This document shows positions 1 through 10,700 of a stretch of 64,000 nt of DNA, piece after piece. Where the stretch lies: NCBI GenBank assembly GCA_044892525.1, contig CM097888.1:90644001-90708000 (forward strand). Direction: 5' to 3'. A model generated the notes under the pieces. It ran no database searches and was not told where the DNA came from. It was given only the letters and a program-made list of their open reading frames with translations. Position 1 is the first letter of the stretch. Each line of letters begins with the position of its first letter. This stretch comes from Schmidtea polychroa. Its lineage: Eukaryota. The position numbers and the translations under genes are program-made.

Positions 1-1039
1 TAGGGTCGTATGGTAGGTAATATTGGGGGATTTGAGCTCTCAATTCATTAATTTCGTCTCTTAGAGCTCGAGTGATGTTCAATTCCTCGTCGAGCAGATA
101 GGTGAGATACCTTGTCTCTTCGTCTTTCGCCTCTATCTGTTTGTCTAGGGCCTTGATTTTCTCGTCGCCCTTCCATTTTTCAATTTCTATTTCTAAGTTT
201 TTAATATTTTCGGTGTACATTTTCCTTTCGTTTTCTAATTTTCTGTTTTTTCCCGCTAGGACCATGTTTCTTTGTTCCAGCGATCCTTGTAATCCATTAA
301 GGTCTCTTTTCATCTCTTCTACCTGATTTACTAATTCCACAACCCGTCCTGCTTGTTGGGTTATCATCTCTTCCATTGCGGCATTCTCGTGCTCTCTTAT
401 GTCGCACTTCATTGCCAAATGTCGCTCAAACTCCATAGCCTTTGTTTGCCAGGTTTGGCTTCGGGCGGCGACCTTTCTCAACCTTTTCAATTCTTCCTTT
501 ATTATTAAATTCTCCTCCCATTTACCTTGTTCGCTTTCATATCCGAGTCTCATGGGCAATTCTTTCATCTCTTTTTTCATTTCTCTGTTTTGTCTTTTCC
601 ATTTTCTCGCTTCTGCCACTAAGTGCATCATTTTCCTGTCTTCTATTTGTTTTTCCGCTTCGCGCTTGGTGTTCTCATCGGTAAGTCTTTTTCTCGCTTC
701 CTGCACTAGCTGCTTTAAGTAGTGGCTGTGTGCTTCTTGGCGGGTATTTTCTAGTGACGCCCATTTTGATGCTCTTTTGCATGCTTCTGCTTCCGCTCTT
801 AAGTTGTGTATTAACCATTGGTATTGACTATTCTCATCTTCTCTAGTTTCTTCGATGTGATTTCGGGTGAGATTAGTTAGTTGGAACATTACTTTGTTCC
901 ATTTTTTATTATGTTCTCGGGGAATTTGTGTCTTGTTGACATTGGTTGGGGCTATCGCAGTTTCGGTTATTTTCTCTTGTGTCATCTCTAAATCATAGAC
1001 ATCGATTAATCTTTTTATTATGAAAAGGAATTTATTCAT
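1..1039 (-). CDS. Long coiled-coil accessory ORF (MNKFLFIIKRLIDVYDLEMTQEK...), open at the window edge
   Basis: Manual translation gives ~346 stop-free codons from ATG at 1039 to the edge. It is E/K/R-rich and heptad-like, and is absent from the ORF track because it has no stop in the window. Confidence 0.8.
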   Translation of the reverse strand, partial: MNKFLFIIKRLIDVYDLEMTQEKITETAIAPTNVNKTQIPREHNKKWNKVMFQLTNLTRNHIEETREDENSQYQWLIHNLRAEAEACKRASKWASLENTRQEAHSHYLKQLVQEARKRLTDENTKREAEKQIEDRKMMHLVAEARKWKRQNREMKKEMKELPMRLGYESEQGKWEENLIIKEELKRLRKVAARSQTWQTKAMEFERHLAMKCDIREHENAAMEEMITQQAGRVVELVNQVEEMKRDLNGLQGSLEQRNMVLAGKNRKLENERKMYTENIKNLEIEIEKWKGDEKIKALDKQIEAKDEETRYLTYLLDEELNITRALRDEINELRAQIPQYYLPYDP

Positions 1040-1177
1040 TATTTACTGTTTCTTGGGAAATTTTCGCATCATTTTTGGGTTTTCGTATTTAGGGTTTTCA
1101 TACTATTATTATATAATATTTTATTGGTTATATACACCGATATATACAGATTATTATATACAACATTATTCGATTGG

Positions 1178-2566
1178 TTACTCCGTTCTACCCTTCTCCT
1201 CTTTCCTCACGGTCATCTTGATATATATGGTATCATTTCTCGCCATATCTTCTACTCTTTGTTGTGAGATGAACGTAGGTGCTCCTGTTGCTGATCCTTC
1301 TTCGTTGAGGGGCCTCTGGTAAGCTATTTGATTCCCCGTTGTTTTGAAGCTTTGCTCATGTATACTTTGGTTGTTCATCAGAGTAATATCGATTTTTGCC
1401 TGGAACGGCCATTCTAATATTTCGTCGTATTCTCCTTTACATAACAGAAAGAAAATCGAAAAGTGCGTATCCAATCCGGTTCCGTCCCCGTTGGGATATA
1501 CCTTCATTTTCATTTTGTACCCATTTTTCCAAGAATGGAATGTAGGACTTGTTATTCTTGTCTCTTCTCCGGTTTTTGCTTTTCGTATTCTTTCTTTTAC
1601 TCCCGTTATTTTCCATATGTAGGGTGCTGTTGGGGTTATCTCATTTAGATTTATTTCCCGTATTTTCTGATGTAGCTCCTTGGCCTGATTATTACTGATT
1701 TCTGTTCGGTTTATTTGCATCTTTATGTTTGCTCGGGCTTCTTCGAACGCTTCCCTTTCTTCTAGTAGTTCTTTGACTAACACTTTCAACGATGTTATCT
1801 CTATCTCCATTTGTTTTACTTTCTCTTCGCTTTCTTGTAGCGCAGTCGACCACATTTCTGCGTGAGTTGAAGCATTTTCTACTAAATGATGTGGTAACTC
1901 ACCTCGGTGTAGTAGTTTCTGACAACCCCATCTACCTAGTACACATGTCATTCTTTTCTTTGCGCATTCCCTTAGATGCTGTGCCACCTTCATTATTTCC
2001 CCTTGGTTACATCCGTTTGGGCATTCCCCACTGAACTCTGCACATACTCTCTCCTCTTGGACATTGTGATGTTTGAGGGTGAGATTTATCCACGTATCTA
2101 TTTCTCCACAGTGTTCACATCTTTCCAATCTCTCTTCACACTGCCTTTGATGTTCTTTTTCTTCGCTTGCTCGAATGGTTTTATGGCACCTTTCACACTG
2201 GCCAATTCTGTACATACATTCTCCCATATGTTGTACTACCTTCCATATTACTCCTTTCCATTCGCATGGGGCATTTTTGCATCCCAGGTTGGTGTTTAAC
2301 ATGTCTTTCACTGCGGCTTTATCCTCGTTAGTGTCTTCTAAACTCGATATTAGTGTCTCTTTACACACCGGGCACCTCTGTGGTCTATTCTTTATTGCTT
2401 CACTGATACATTCTTTACATACTCTGCATCCACATTGCGTTTGGTGAGGTTCCTTTAACAACTTTTCACATATTCCGCACATAACATGTTTGTGTATTCT
2501 GATCGTTGTAGATTTTCGGACTTGCTCGACAATCTCTCTGAACTCTTCTCTTTGTCGTTTATCCAT
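1178..2566 (-). CDS. TRAF-family protein (RING, TRAF zinc fingers, coiled coil, MATH)
   Basis: CGIC...CGCRVCKEC...CPVC RING, CxxC/H zinc fingers, and MATH motifs WKI, GYKMKMKVYPNGDG, HFSIFF, WPF. Intronless and inside the retroelement. Confidence 0.92.
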   Translation of the reverse strand: MDKRQREEFREIVEQVRKSTTIRIHKHVMCGICEKLLKEPHQTQCGCRVCKECISEAIKNRPQRCPVCKETLISSLEDTNEDKAAVKDMLNTNLGCKNAPCEWKGVIWKVVQHMGECMYRIGQCERCHKTIRASEEKEHQRQCEERLERCEHCGEIDTWINLTLKHHNVQEERVCAEFSGECPNGCNQGEIMKVAQHLRECAKKRMTCVLGRWGCQKLLHRGELPHHLVENASTHAEMWSTALQESEEKVKQMEIEITSLKVLVKELLEEREAFEEARANIKMQINRTEISNNQAKELHQKIREINLNEITPTAPYIWKITGVKERIRKAKTGEETRITSPTFHSWKNGYKMKMKVYPNGDGTGLDTHFSIFFLLCKGEYDEILEWPFQAKIDITLMNNQSIHEQSFKTTGNQIAYQRPLNEEGSATGAPTFISQQRVEDMARNDTIYIKMTVRKEEKGRTE

Positions 2567-2651
2567 TCTATAATTATATGTACAAATAGTTCTTATCGAT
2601 ACAGGTTCGATATTTTATTTACAATTATTTACATTTTAAGCTAGGTTTGGT

Positions 2652-3035
2652 TTAGGGTTCGGAAGAGTCGGCTTCGTGCCCGCTCTCCTCTCTATTCATT
2701 AGCCATTCCGACCAGTCTTCTATTTCTGTCTGTTCTGCTTCCTCCCTCATTCGGTCTATTTCAATTTCCTGTCGACGGCTATATTGGGTTATCCTCTCTA
2801 TCTCTCTTTGCATTTGTTCGATTTTTAACCTCTGGTCTTCAATTATCTTCAAATAACTAAATCCTCTGTTCATACTCTCGATCAGGTTTCTGTGCATCGT
2901 CAGTCCTTGTTCTTGCAAATTGGACACTAATTGTGCTAATACGGCACATTGTTGCTTCCATAATTCTTCAGTTACTGTATTGTGGTTCATTTCGTTATTT
3001 CCTTGATCCATTCCTAATTTATATACACTTTTCAA
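2652..3035 (-). CDS. Small coiled-coil accessory protein with acidic tail (first ATG near 3011)
   Basis: Intact ORF co-oriented with its neighbours, bounded by short AT-rich spacers. No recognisable family. Confidence 0.65.
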   Translation of the reverse strand: MKSVYKLGMDQGNNEMNHNTVTEELWKQQCAVLAQLVSNLQEQGLTMHRNLIESMNRGFSYLKIIEDQRLKIEQMQREIERITQYSRRQEIEIDRMREEAEQTEIEDWSEWLMNREESGHEADSSEP

Positions 3036-3171
3036 CTCTTATGTAAATTTAATTTTATTTTATGATTCCCGTTATTGTATAATATTGATACCGCGCTTAT
3101 ATAGAGATATGGTACTGTTATATACATAAGATATACTTACTTTTTACAATTATATACAGTCATATTCCTTT

Positions 3172-4700
3172 CTATATACGTGAGTTTGGAGGGCGCTGAA
3201 CGTTCCAGGCCTCCACCCACTGTCCTTGTTTGATATCACTTGGTCGTTTCACTCGATGTTGGAAGTTTCTGATTCGGGTCATTTCTAGTTCTCCGCGATG
3301 TCGTTTATCTTTAATTATTTTTATTGTTCCCCCCGTTATGATTAGGAATGCCCCTGTTATTATTATCCCACTGATCCACATCATCTGCTTCACGCTTATA
3401 CTCTCTGGTTTTTCCTTGTTTGTTAATGTTGATATCGCTTCTGTACTTTTCTCGTTTCCTCTTTTGCCATTTCCTTTCATCATTTCCCGTATTCTTGCTA
3501 TTTCCTCGTTCATACCCTCCTTTGCCATCTTTTGTATTTTTTCCATCTCTTCCTCCGAAACATAGTTGTCCTGAGCTTCCTCACCAGTTTTCTTGTGCTT
3601 TCCTCCTTCGTTCTTTTCGTCGTGGTTTTTTCTTTTCTTTCCTCTTTTCCCCGGGTATCGTCGGCATTCTCTTTTTGATTCAATCCTCCAGATACAAACC
3701 GTGTATTCTTTCGGCGGCTGCTGCTGCGTCACATATTGATGGCATCTCTCACCTGGTCCTAATCTTGAAATACAGACTTTGTGCTCTTTTCTAGGTTGGA
3801 TCTGCGTTATTACTACTTCACCACCTTTTCCTAGGTGTACCTCTTTTCCTTTGACGTTCGTTATTCTCTTCCCGTCTCGATTTCTCACATCCCGGCTGAG
3901 CCCCCAAAAATCATGTTGGGGTCACACCTCGGCTGACCATTCTACCATGTTGGCGGGTCTAAGGGTTGATTGTCCATCTCGAATAAAAGGTGCCACCGAT
4001 TTGTCAACCTGGAGTGAAACCCCACATAACTTTCTTCCAACATAGTGCCCGTGAATCACTTCACGTTGGTACTGCACTATGCAGGCGAGACGCCAGCAAG
4101 CAGGTGAGCTTCTGCCTTAAAACTACTCCTTGCTGAGGCTTCGACTTCCCATTCACGACTGCCGATAGAAGGGCTTACGTCCATTTCCTTACACAACCAC
4201 CTATCAGGATTCGCTGAATGCAAATTGGGAAATTCTCACTAGATCTTGCGGGTTCTCTACTCAACCCACTTAATTAAAGTCTAATTATTCATGAACGAAA
4301 ACGTGTAAGACAACAAGATTTATTAATTTCAACGTTATGACACAAGGATTCAGCTGTACACTTTACTAATGTTTGTCGAAAGAAGAGAAAACATCATAAT
4401 CAACATAGATCGGATCCTTGTTCCTCATCCTGACCGCCACTGGGGTTTTATTGTTTCTCCCATTCAGTGTCGGCGAATAATTCGTCGAGGTTGAAAAACT
4501 CGGAAGCGTTCTCTTCCCACCTTGATTTCGGTATGCTTCTTGTATTCTTACTTCTGTTATTGGTTCTGTGTCCTCATTTATCAGTACTAATTTCTGATAC
4601 GCTCTAGACATGCATCTTCCTAGTATGCACTTTTCCTTTAAGTCCCATTCTTCCTTTAAATCCCACTGCTGCTCTTGTGCTTGCTTTCTCTTTTCTTGTT
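3172..4700 (-). pseudogene. Single-pass membrane protein ORF split by a 639-bp insertion and 5'-truncated by deletion
   Basis: Removing 3885-4523 plus one GAAATC copy rejoins ...IQEAYRN|RDGKRITNVKG in frame. There is a hydrophobic segment MWISGIIITGAFLIITGG near the C-terminus. Confidence 0.8.
3885..4523 (-). mobile_element. Inserted copy of LTR 3' end + PBS (strong-stop-like cDNA) with 6-bp target duplication
   Basis: 3889-4523 matches 16530-17164 (635 bp, one mismatch seen, 4140 vs 16781). gatttc is present at both 3879-3884 and 4524-4529. Confidence 0.88.
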
Positions 4701-7700
4701 TTTGCAATTCCTGCATAATTTTTGATAAATTTGCGATAGTATCCGCATAATCCTAGAAATTCCTGAACTTGGGTGACAGTTTTCGGTGCTGGACATGTTT
4801 TTATTTTCTCAATGTTTCTTGGATCTGGCTCCTTTCCTTTAGCTGACACTATGTGTCCTAAAAACGTGACTTTTTCCTTTGCCCAATCGCATTTTGATGG
4901 TTTGAGTTTGAGTTTCCACTGTCTTAATCTAATAAATACGTTTCGGATATCTTCTAGATGTTGTTCAAATGTCGCTGAATAGATTAGTAAATCATCAATA
5001 TATACCATACATTGTTTGATTCCATGGGTGACAAAGTTCATACACCGTTGAAATGATGCTGGTGCGTTAGTCAGTCCAAATGGCATTTTCCTGAATTGAT
5101 ATAGATCTCGTCCCAACGTGAAAGCTGTTTTCTCTTTGTCCTCATCTTTGACTTTAATCTGCCAGTATCCACTTTTTAGATCTAAAGAAGTAAAATATGC
5201 TGCCCCTTGCAACATCAATAACATCTCATTGATGTCTGGCAATGGATAGGTATCTCTCTTGGTCACTGCGTTTAACTTCCGATAATCGATACAGAATCGT
5301 TGGGTGCCATCTTTCTTTTTCACCATGACCACTGGGAATTGCCAGGGTGAGCAACTTGGTTCGATTACTTTTGCGTCTAGCATCTTTTGTACTTCTGTTT
5401 CGGCTATTTCTTTCTGCATTTCTGCTAGCTTGTATGGTCTCAATGCAATTGGGGTTTCGTCTATGAGTGGTATTGCATGTAAGGTAACATCACATGTACC
5501 CAAGTCTAAATCTGAGATGGCGAATATATCTTTATATTCTACCAACAATCGGTGCAATTTTTTCTTTTCGTCATTCGTCAACAACATACTATCTATTGTC
5601 CATAATTCATCATCTTTGATCATCTCGTTGGTCACTTTCGGTAATTCTATGTCCATCATTGGGGTCAATCTTCCCAATTTTTCGTTCTCATAAATGATTT
5701 TGTCTTCCTCTTCGAAATTCGTGATGTTGAGCGGTATCACTCCTTCTTGGTTTATTGTGATTATTTCTCTTGCGAGTGGTAATTCTCGTCGCTTTTCAAA
5801 TGACTTGCTTGGTTCAAAGATAACTTCTCCTTCCATACCCGTATCCACTTTTATCTGACAAATCATCTGTGATTTTGCTGGTACTATTATTTTTTCTGGA
5901 CATCTGATGACTGAATTCATTTTGCATATTCTACCGGTTTTGTCTTTTAAGCACATGGTTGTTAAGTCAATTACGACTTCCTTTAACAATTCTGGCATCA
6001 AATCCGTTCCGATTATGCATGGTACGCTAAGTTTTGGTATTACTGCCAAATACGTTTCAATTTCGTTGTCCTGGTATCTCAATGTAGTCCACCATCTTCC
6101 GACCACGTCCACTGTTTCTTTACTACATGCTATGATGTGAATTGTTGTTGATTCGATATCCTTCCAGTGTTTACTGGGGATTTGATTAATCGCTATCGCT
6201 GATACATTAGCTCCGGTGTCTATCATAGCATTGGTTTCTTTACCATTGATTTGAATCATAACTGTTACTGCTGGACCTCCAGGTAAACTCATCGCTGCTA
6301 TTGTTCTTACGTCATCTGCTTGATCTACACTTTTGGTACGTCGTGTTGGCATATAATGCATACCGGGTTGACTCGGTAATTGCGGATACATATTTTGTGT
6401 CATGGTCAAAGCTGTTTGTGGTCCCACGATATCCGGTGGTATATAGCTTCCATTGGCGATCGAGGTGTTTGTCTTTTCCTTTTCCCAATATGGTGCCGTT
6501 TCCATTGGTTTTTCGTTTGGGTTTCTGTTTGGATAAAGACATTTATCGTTCCCGTTATCATCGTCGTCACTATCGCTGTTAGATGATTGGCTTCTAAATC
6601 GGTCCAAGAATTTTGGCTTATTCTTTTTCAATTGTCGTCTTGTTGCTTCATCGTACATTACTTTCCGGAATCGTCTGCCTACTTCCTCGTCGGTTCCTTT
6701 AATCTTTGTTAATATTTTAATCAATCGCTTTATCCGATGAATGTCTTTTGAGTGGCCATGTAATACCATGGTCTTAGCTAAAAATGGTAAGAAACCTACT
6801 ATCATTTTCCAATTAACTTTCTTTTCCCGCTTGTATATATCGAAACAAGCTAACATTTGTGTTAGTATTACTCTGACTATCTGAATTATGAGTATGATCC
6901 CTAATATCCCGGCCATCATTTGTCCAAAAACTAAGAATCTTCCCCACATTGCTTTCATCATGTTTGACGTAGCTTGTTGAAAATGGTCTGGCGATAATAG
7001 CAGCTCGTAATTCGGGCCTGATTGATAGTTTGTGCCCCCAGTTATTGTTACCATATTAGACAAAATGGATTCTCGTCTGGCTGGGAAGAGTACGTTAAGT
7101 CGTGCTGTTTCTAGATCTTCTGGGGAATACATACCACCGTTTGACACGTCTATAGGTTTGAAATCCAGCTCTGTGGCGAGTTCTATTAATCCAAATTTCT
7201 TGGGCTCCTCGGATATGGTTTTTCCCGGTAACATCATCCATTTCCCATCGGGCCTTTCATATAAAGGTCCGTATGCATTAGAACAGTTAAAGAGATTTGG
7301 GTAGAAACCCACTGGATTCATAATTCTAGTGACTGGTTGGACGAATCGATTTTGTCCTTTATAACGGATTTCTAATTCATTTGCACATCTCTTTTCGGGT
7401 AGTATGGATTTTTCTGGCATTCGTGCATACGTCTTGGTACACTGGTATGTGTACATCACTTCTCCTACCATTCTACCAAAGTGTCCATCTGGTAATGGGA
7501 GTGATGGCATCGTGTTATCTGGGTGCGTTATCGCAATAGCTAGCTTTGTTTTCAATATTTCTTTATTCAATGAACAATCGTTTTGTATTAGATCGTAATA
7601 TACTTTTTGCAAGGTCGTTTGTCCGCGATGAAATAGAAAATCCATTTTATTATTTGCATATAAGTATAGTTTTACGTCCTCCGTTGCTATCTTTCCCACT

Positions 7701-10700
7701 GCTCTATCGATTATTTGTCTCGACATATAGATACCTGCGTAGTTGGTTTTATATACTATACTGTCACATTTGGTGGTTTCTTTCTCTTTGATAAATCTCA
7801 TACCTAGATCTGGATCGTCTGTGATTAATGCTGTTGGTGTCTTCTGCGTTGAAAGTCTCTTTTCTCTGGGAGATGGTGGCATTGGTTTTCCATTTCGCAT
7901 TCTCACTCTGTCGTTTCCATCCTCGTCGTTCTCGTTCTCATATATTTCTCCTTTTACTTCATTGAACAAAGCACTTTTTAACAGTTGGAGTCGGCATTTT
8001 TGGGTATTAGCTTCATAGATTATAGTTGATACTCCTGTCCTGCATACGTTTTCTGTAGCTCTACACGTTGGGTTGGTCTTCATTTGGTAATTATTTGCGT
8101 CAAATTGCGCTTCGTATTCTTTTAATTCGACCGTGTAAGACTCGATCACTACAACTCCCGATATTACCTCGCCTCGGATCGTATACGTACCTCCGTTACA
8201 TGACCCATCTGATGATTTTACTTTTCCGGATACGTAAACACTTTCGGTTTTAATCATTCCAGTTTGTCCGTGAATTGTCACTCCGTTATGCATTTTTAGC
8301 GCTCCGGTTCTAAATAGCTCTTTACAATCCTCTCGTTGTATTGATACGATTTCTTTATCCAGACCGGGTAGTATAAGAGTCGAATACGAATATTGTCCAC
8401 AGTAATATGCGAGTACCTTTTTTGATACTACGCATTCCCTTGCTTGCGTTCTGATGAAATCTGATTCTTGATATACATGGTAAGTAACTTTTGTTCTCAC
8501 GATGTCCAATTTGTTGGGTGAGGCTTGTCTGCATTCTTCTATGTCTCTCAATGAGTATTTATCTCTCATTATCATGTTATCACAATCGTAGATGGTGAAA
8601 CCTGTTGCTCCACTTGTGCACAACATCCATATCATCATAGTCATCATTAACGAATTTATTGATGCTTTTCTGCTTGCGGGATCTTTCATCGGTAGTTCCC
8701 ATTCTAGTTCATTTAACAGTTTTTTCAATCTAACTTGCATCGACCTTTCTTGCTCATTTTTCCGTGGCGCTTGTATCAGTCTTTTCCATCCTCCTGCACG
8801 AATAATGTGTGGTTCAATAGTATTCTCTATGATTGAAACGGTCATTTCTACATGATTTGCAAACTGTTTATTTGGTATTTTCCTCGCAGCTAGTCCCATC
8901 AAATTATACATCAAATAAGTGATTACCACTAGGTGATGCTCGTCATCATTTGCATTTGTCGTGAGCTGCTCAATCACTCTCTTTGTTTCGTCCCAATCCG
9001 TTTTGGTGGTTTTCGTTTTCTCTTTGATTAACTTTGGGATTATCCCCGAAATGGTGTGCCATAATTGTCTAGCTTCCGTACTGGCTACTTTCCGTTGCCA
9101 CAGACGTCTAAGTTGTGGGTTTGTTATTATTAACATATCTTTTAACAATTCTCGTATCCATTTTTCTCCTCTTTCGATCGTTGGTTGGGCTTCCTTTAGA
9201 TCCCATACTATTTTATCCAATTTTTCTAATCGAACTTGCCCTTGTTCTTGCTTTAATTGTTCTTTGGTTTTGAACTCAGACTTTTCTCCTTGTTTCTTGG
9301 GTCTTCCTTTTGCCCGTTTTTCCATCATCGTTCCTGCTTCTCTGGTATTTTCGTAATTCGGATTTCTTTCGTTATCCGTTCTGGGTAATGAGCTATCGTT
9401 ATTTCTTAGCCACTCATTCCATTCGTCTATTATTTTGTCGGTTTGACTTTCTGGTGTTACTTTCGTTGGTTCTCTTTGCTTCTGGAATTGTTCATCCGTT
9501 TCGGTTTCCGTAGTATTGTCGATGATTTCTTCGATGTTCAGTTTCGTTGGTTGTTGATAACTCGTTGATGGCTGGTTATTAGTCCACATTTCGGCTCCTG
9601 TCGGCCATCTCACTAATAGCGGTGATCTTTCTCCTGGTTCATCGTCACTATCTTCCAGGATTATCTCTTCAACTTCTTCAGTTTCATTAGATTTACTTGG
9701 TGCTTTGTTCGGACTTGGAGTACTCAAACTGCCTTTTGTTGGTTTAATAATTTTACTTTTCCTTTTTAACGGTTTTCCCAACGTTTCTGCCATTGTTAAT
9801 ACATTTGTCTCTTCCAATCTCATGGGGGTTATCCCGACGTCTGCATTATCGTCTAGTGATTTTCCGAACAGTTGCAGATGGAATGGAGTTTCATATGCTA
9901 ATTTCTTTTTTAATTCTCTAATTTTTGTTGTTGGATGCACCTCTAGTTCCTCGATGCTCTTGTCTGGATACTTGATTCGGATGTGATACCTCTCCTGGGT
10001 GTCTTGTGCCCATTCCTGATTTCTCCATTTTCGAATAATTTGTTCTAGCTGTTCTGGATACCATTCATTATATTGCCGGTATTCCTCTATTGCCTTTGCC
10101 ATTCCTCTCAGATTGTGGATGTCCTCTGATGTCTTTAAGATGATGTTAGCCAACGCTACTACTTGGCGTCTTTGATTTTTCGCTCCCATTGCTAAGATAT
10201 CGCCTAATTGTTTATATCTTTCTTTCTCTTCTCGTTCTCTTGCTTCCGTCGCTTCCTCGCCGTCCATATCAGCATATTCACGTTCCTTTTTCCTCATTGC
10301 ATGAATATGTCTCGCTTCATTTTCGCTTTCTGATGTGACATCCGTCTCGCCTTCGTCATCTGATGTCTGTTCCCTTGCTTCCTCTTCATATTTTGGAGGT
10401 TCCTCTTCTTCTTCCTCCGATTCACTTTCTGTCTCACCAATGTCTGTTTCCACGAAGGTTCCTTTCCGGATTTCCCATTCCTTACTTTCTGCATTCCACA
10501 CTCTTTCCCATGGGGTTCGTCTGCAGGATCTGGTGCTTAATTTCGTGATTTTTCCTTGTAGTTCTTTTTCTTTTAACCATTGTTGGTGGATTTTAATTAT
10601 TTCCGTAGATTTTTGATATAACGTTTTCATCCGGTCTCGTATTTCTTTTTGATAGGTTACATCTCTTGTTCGAAATTCATCCATTGGTACTATCCTGATT

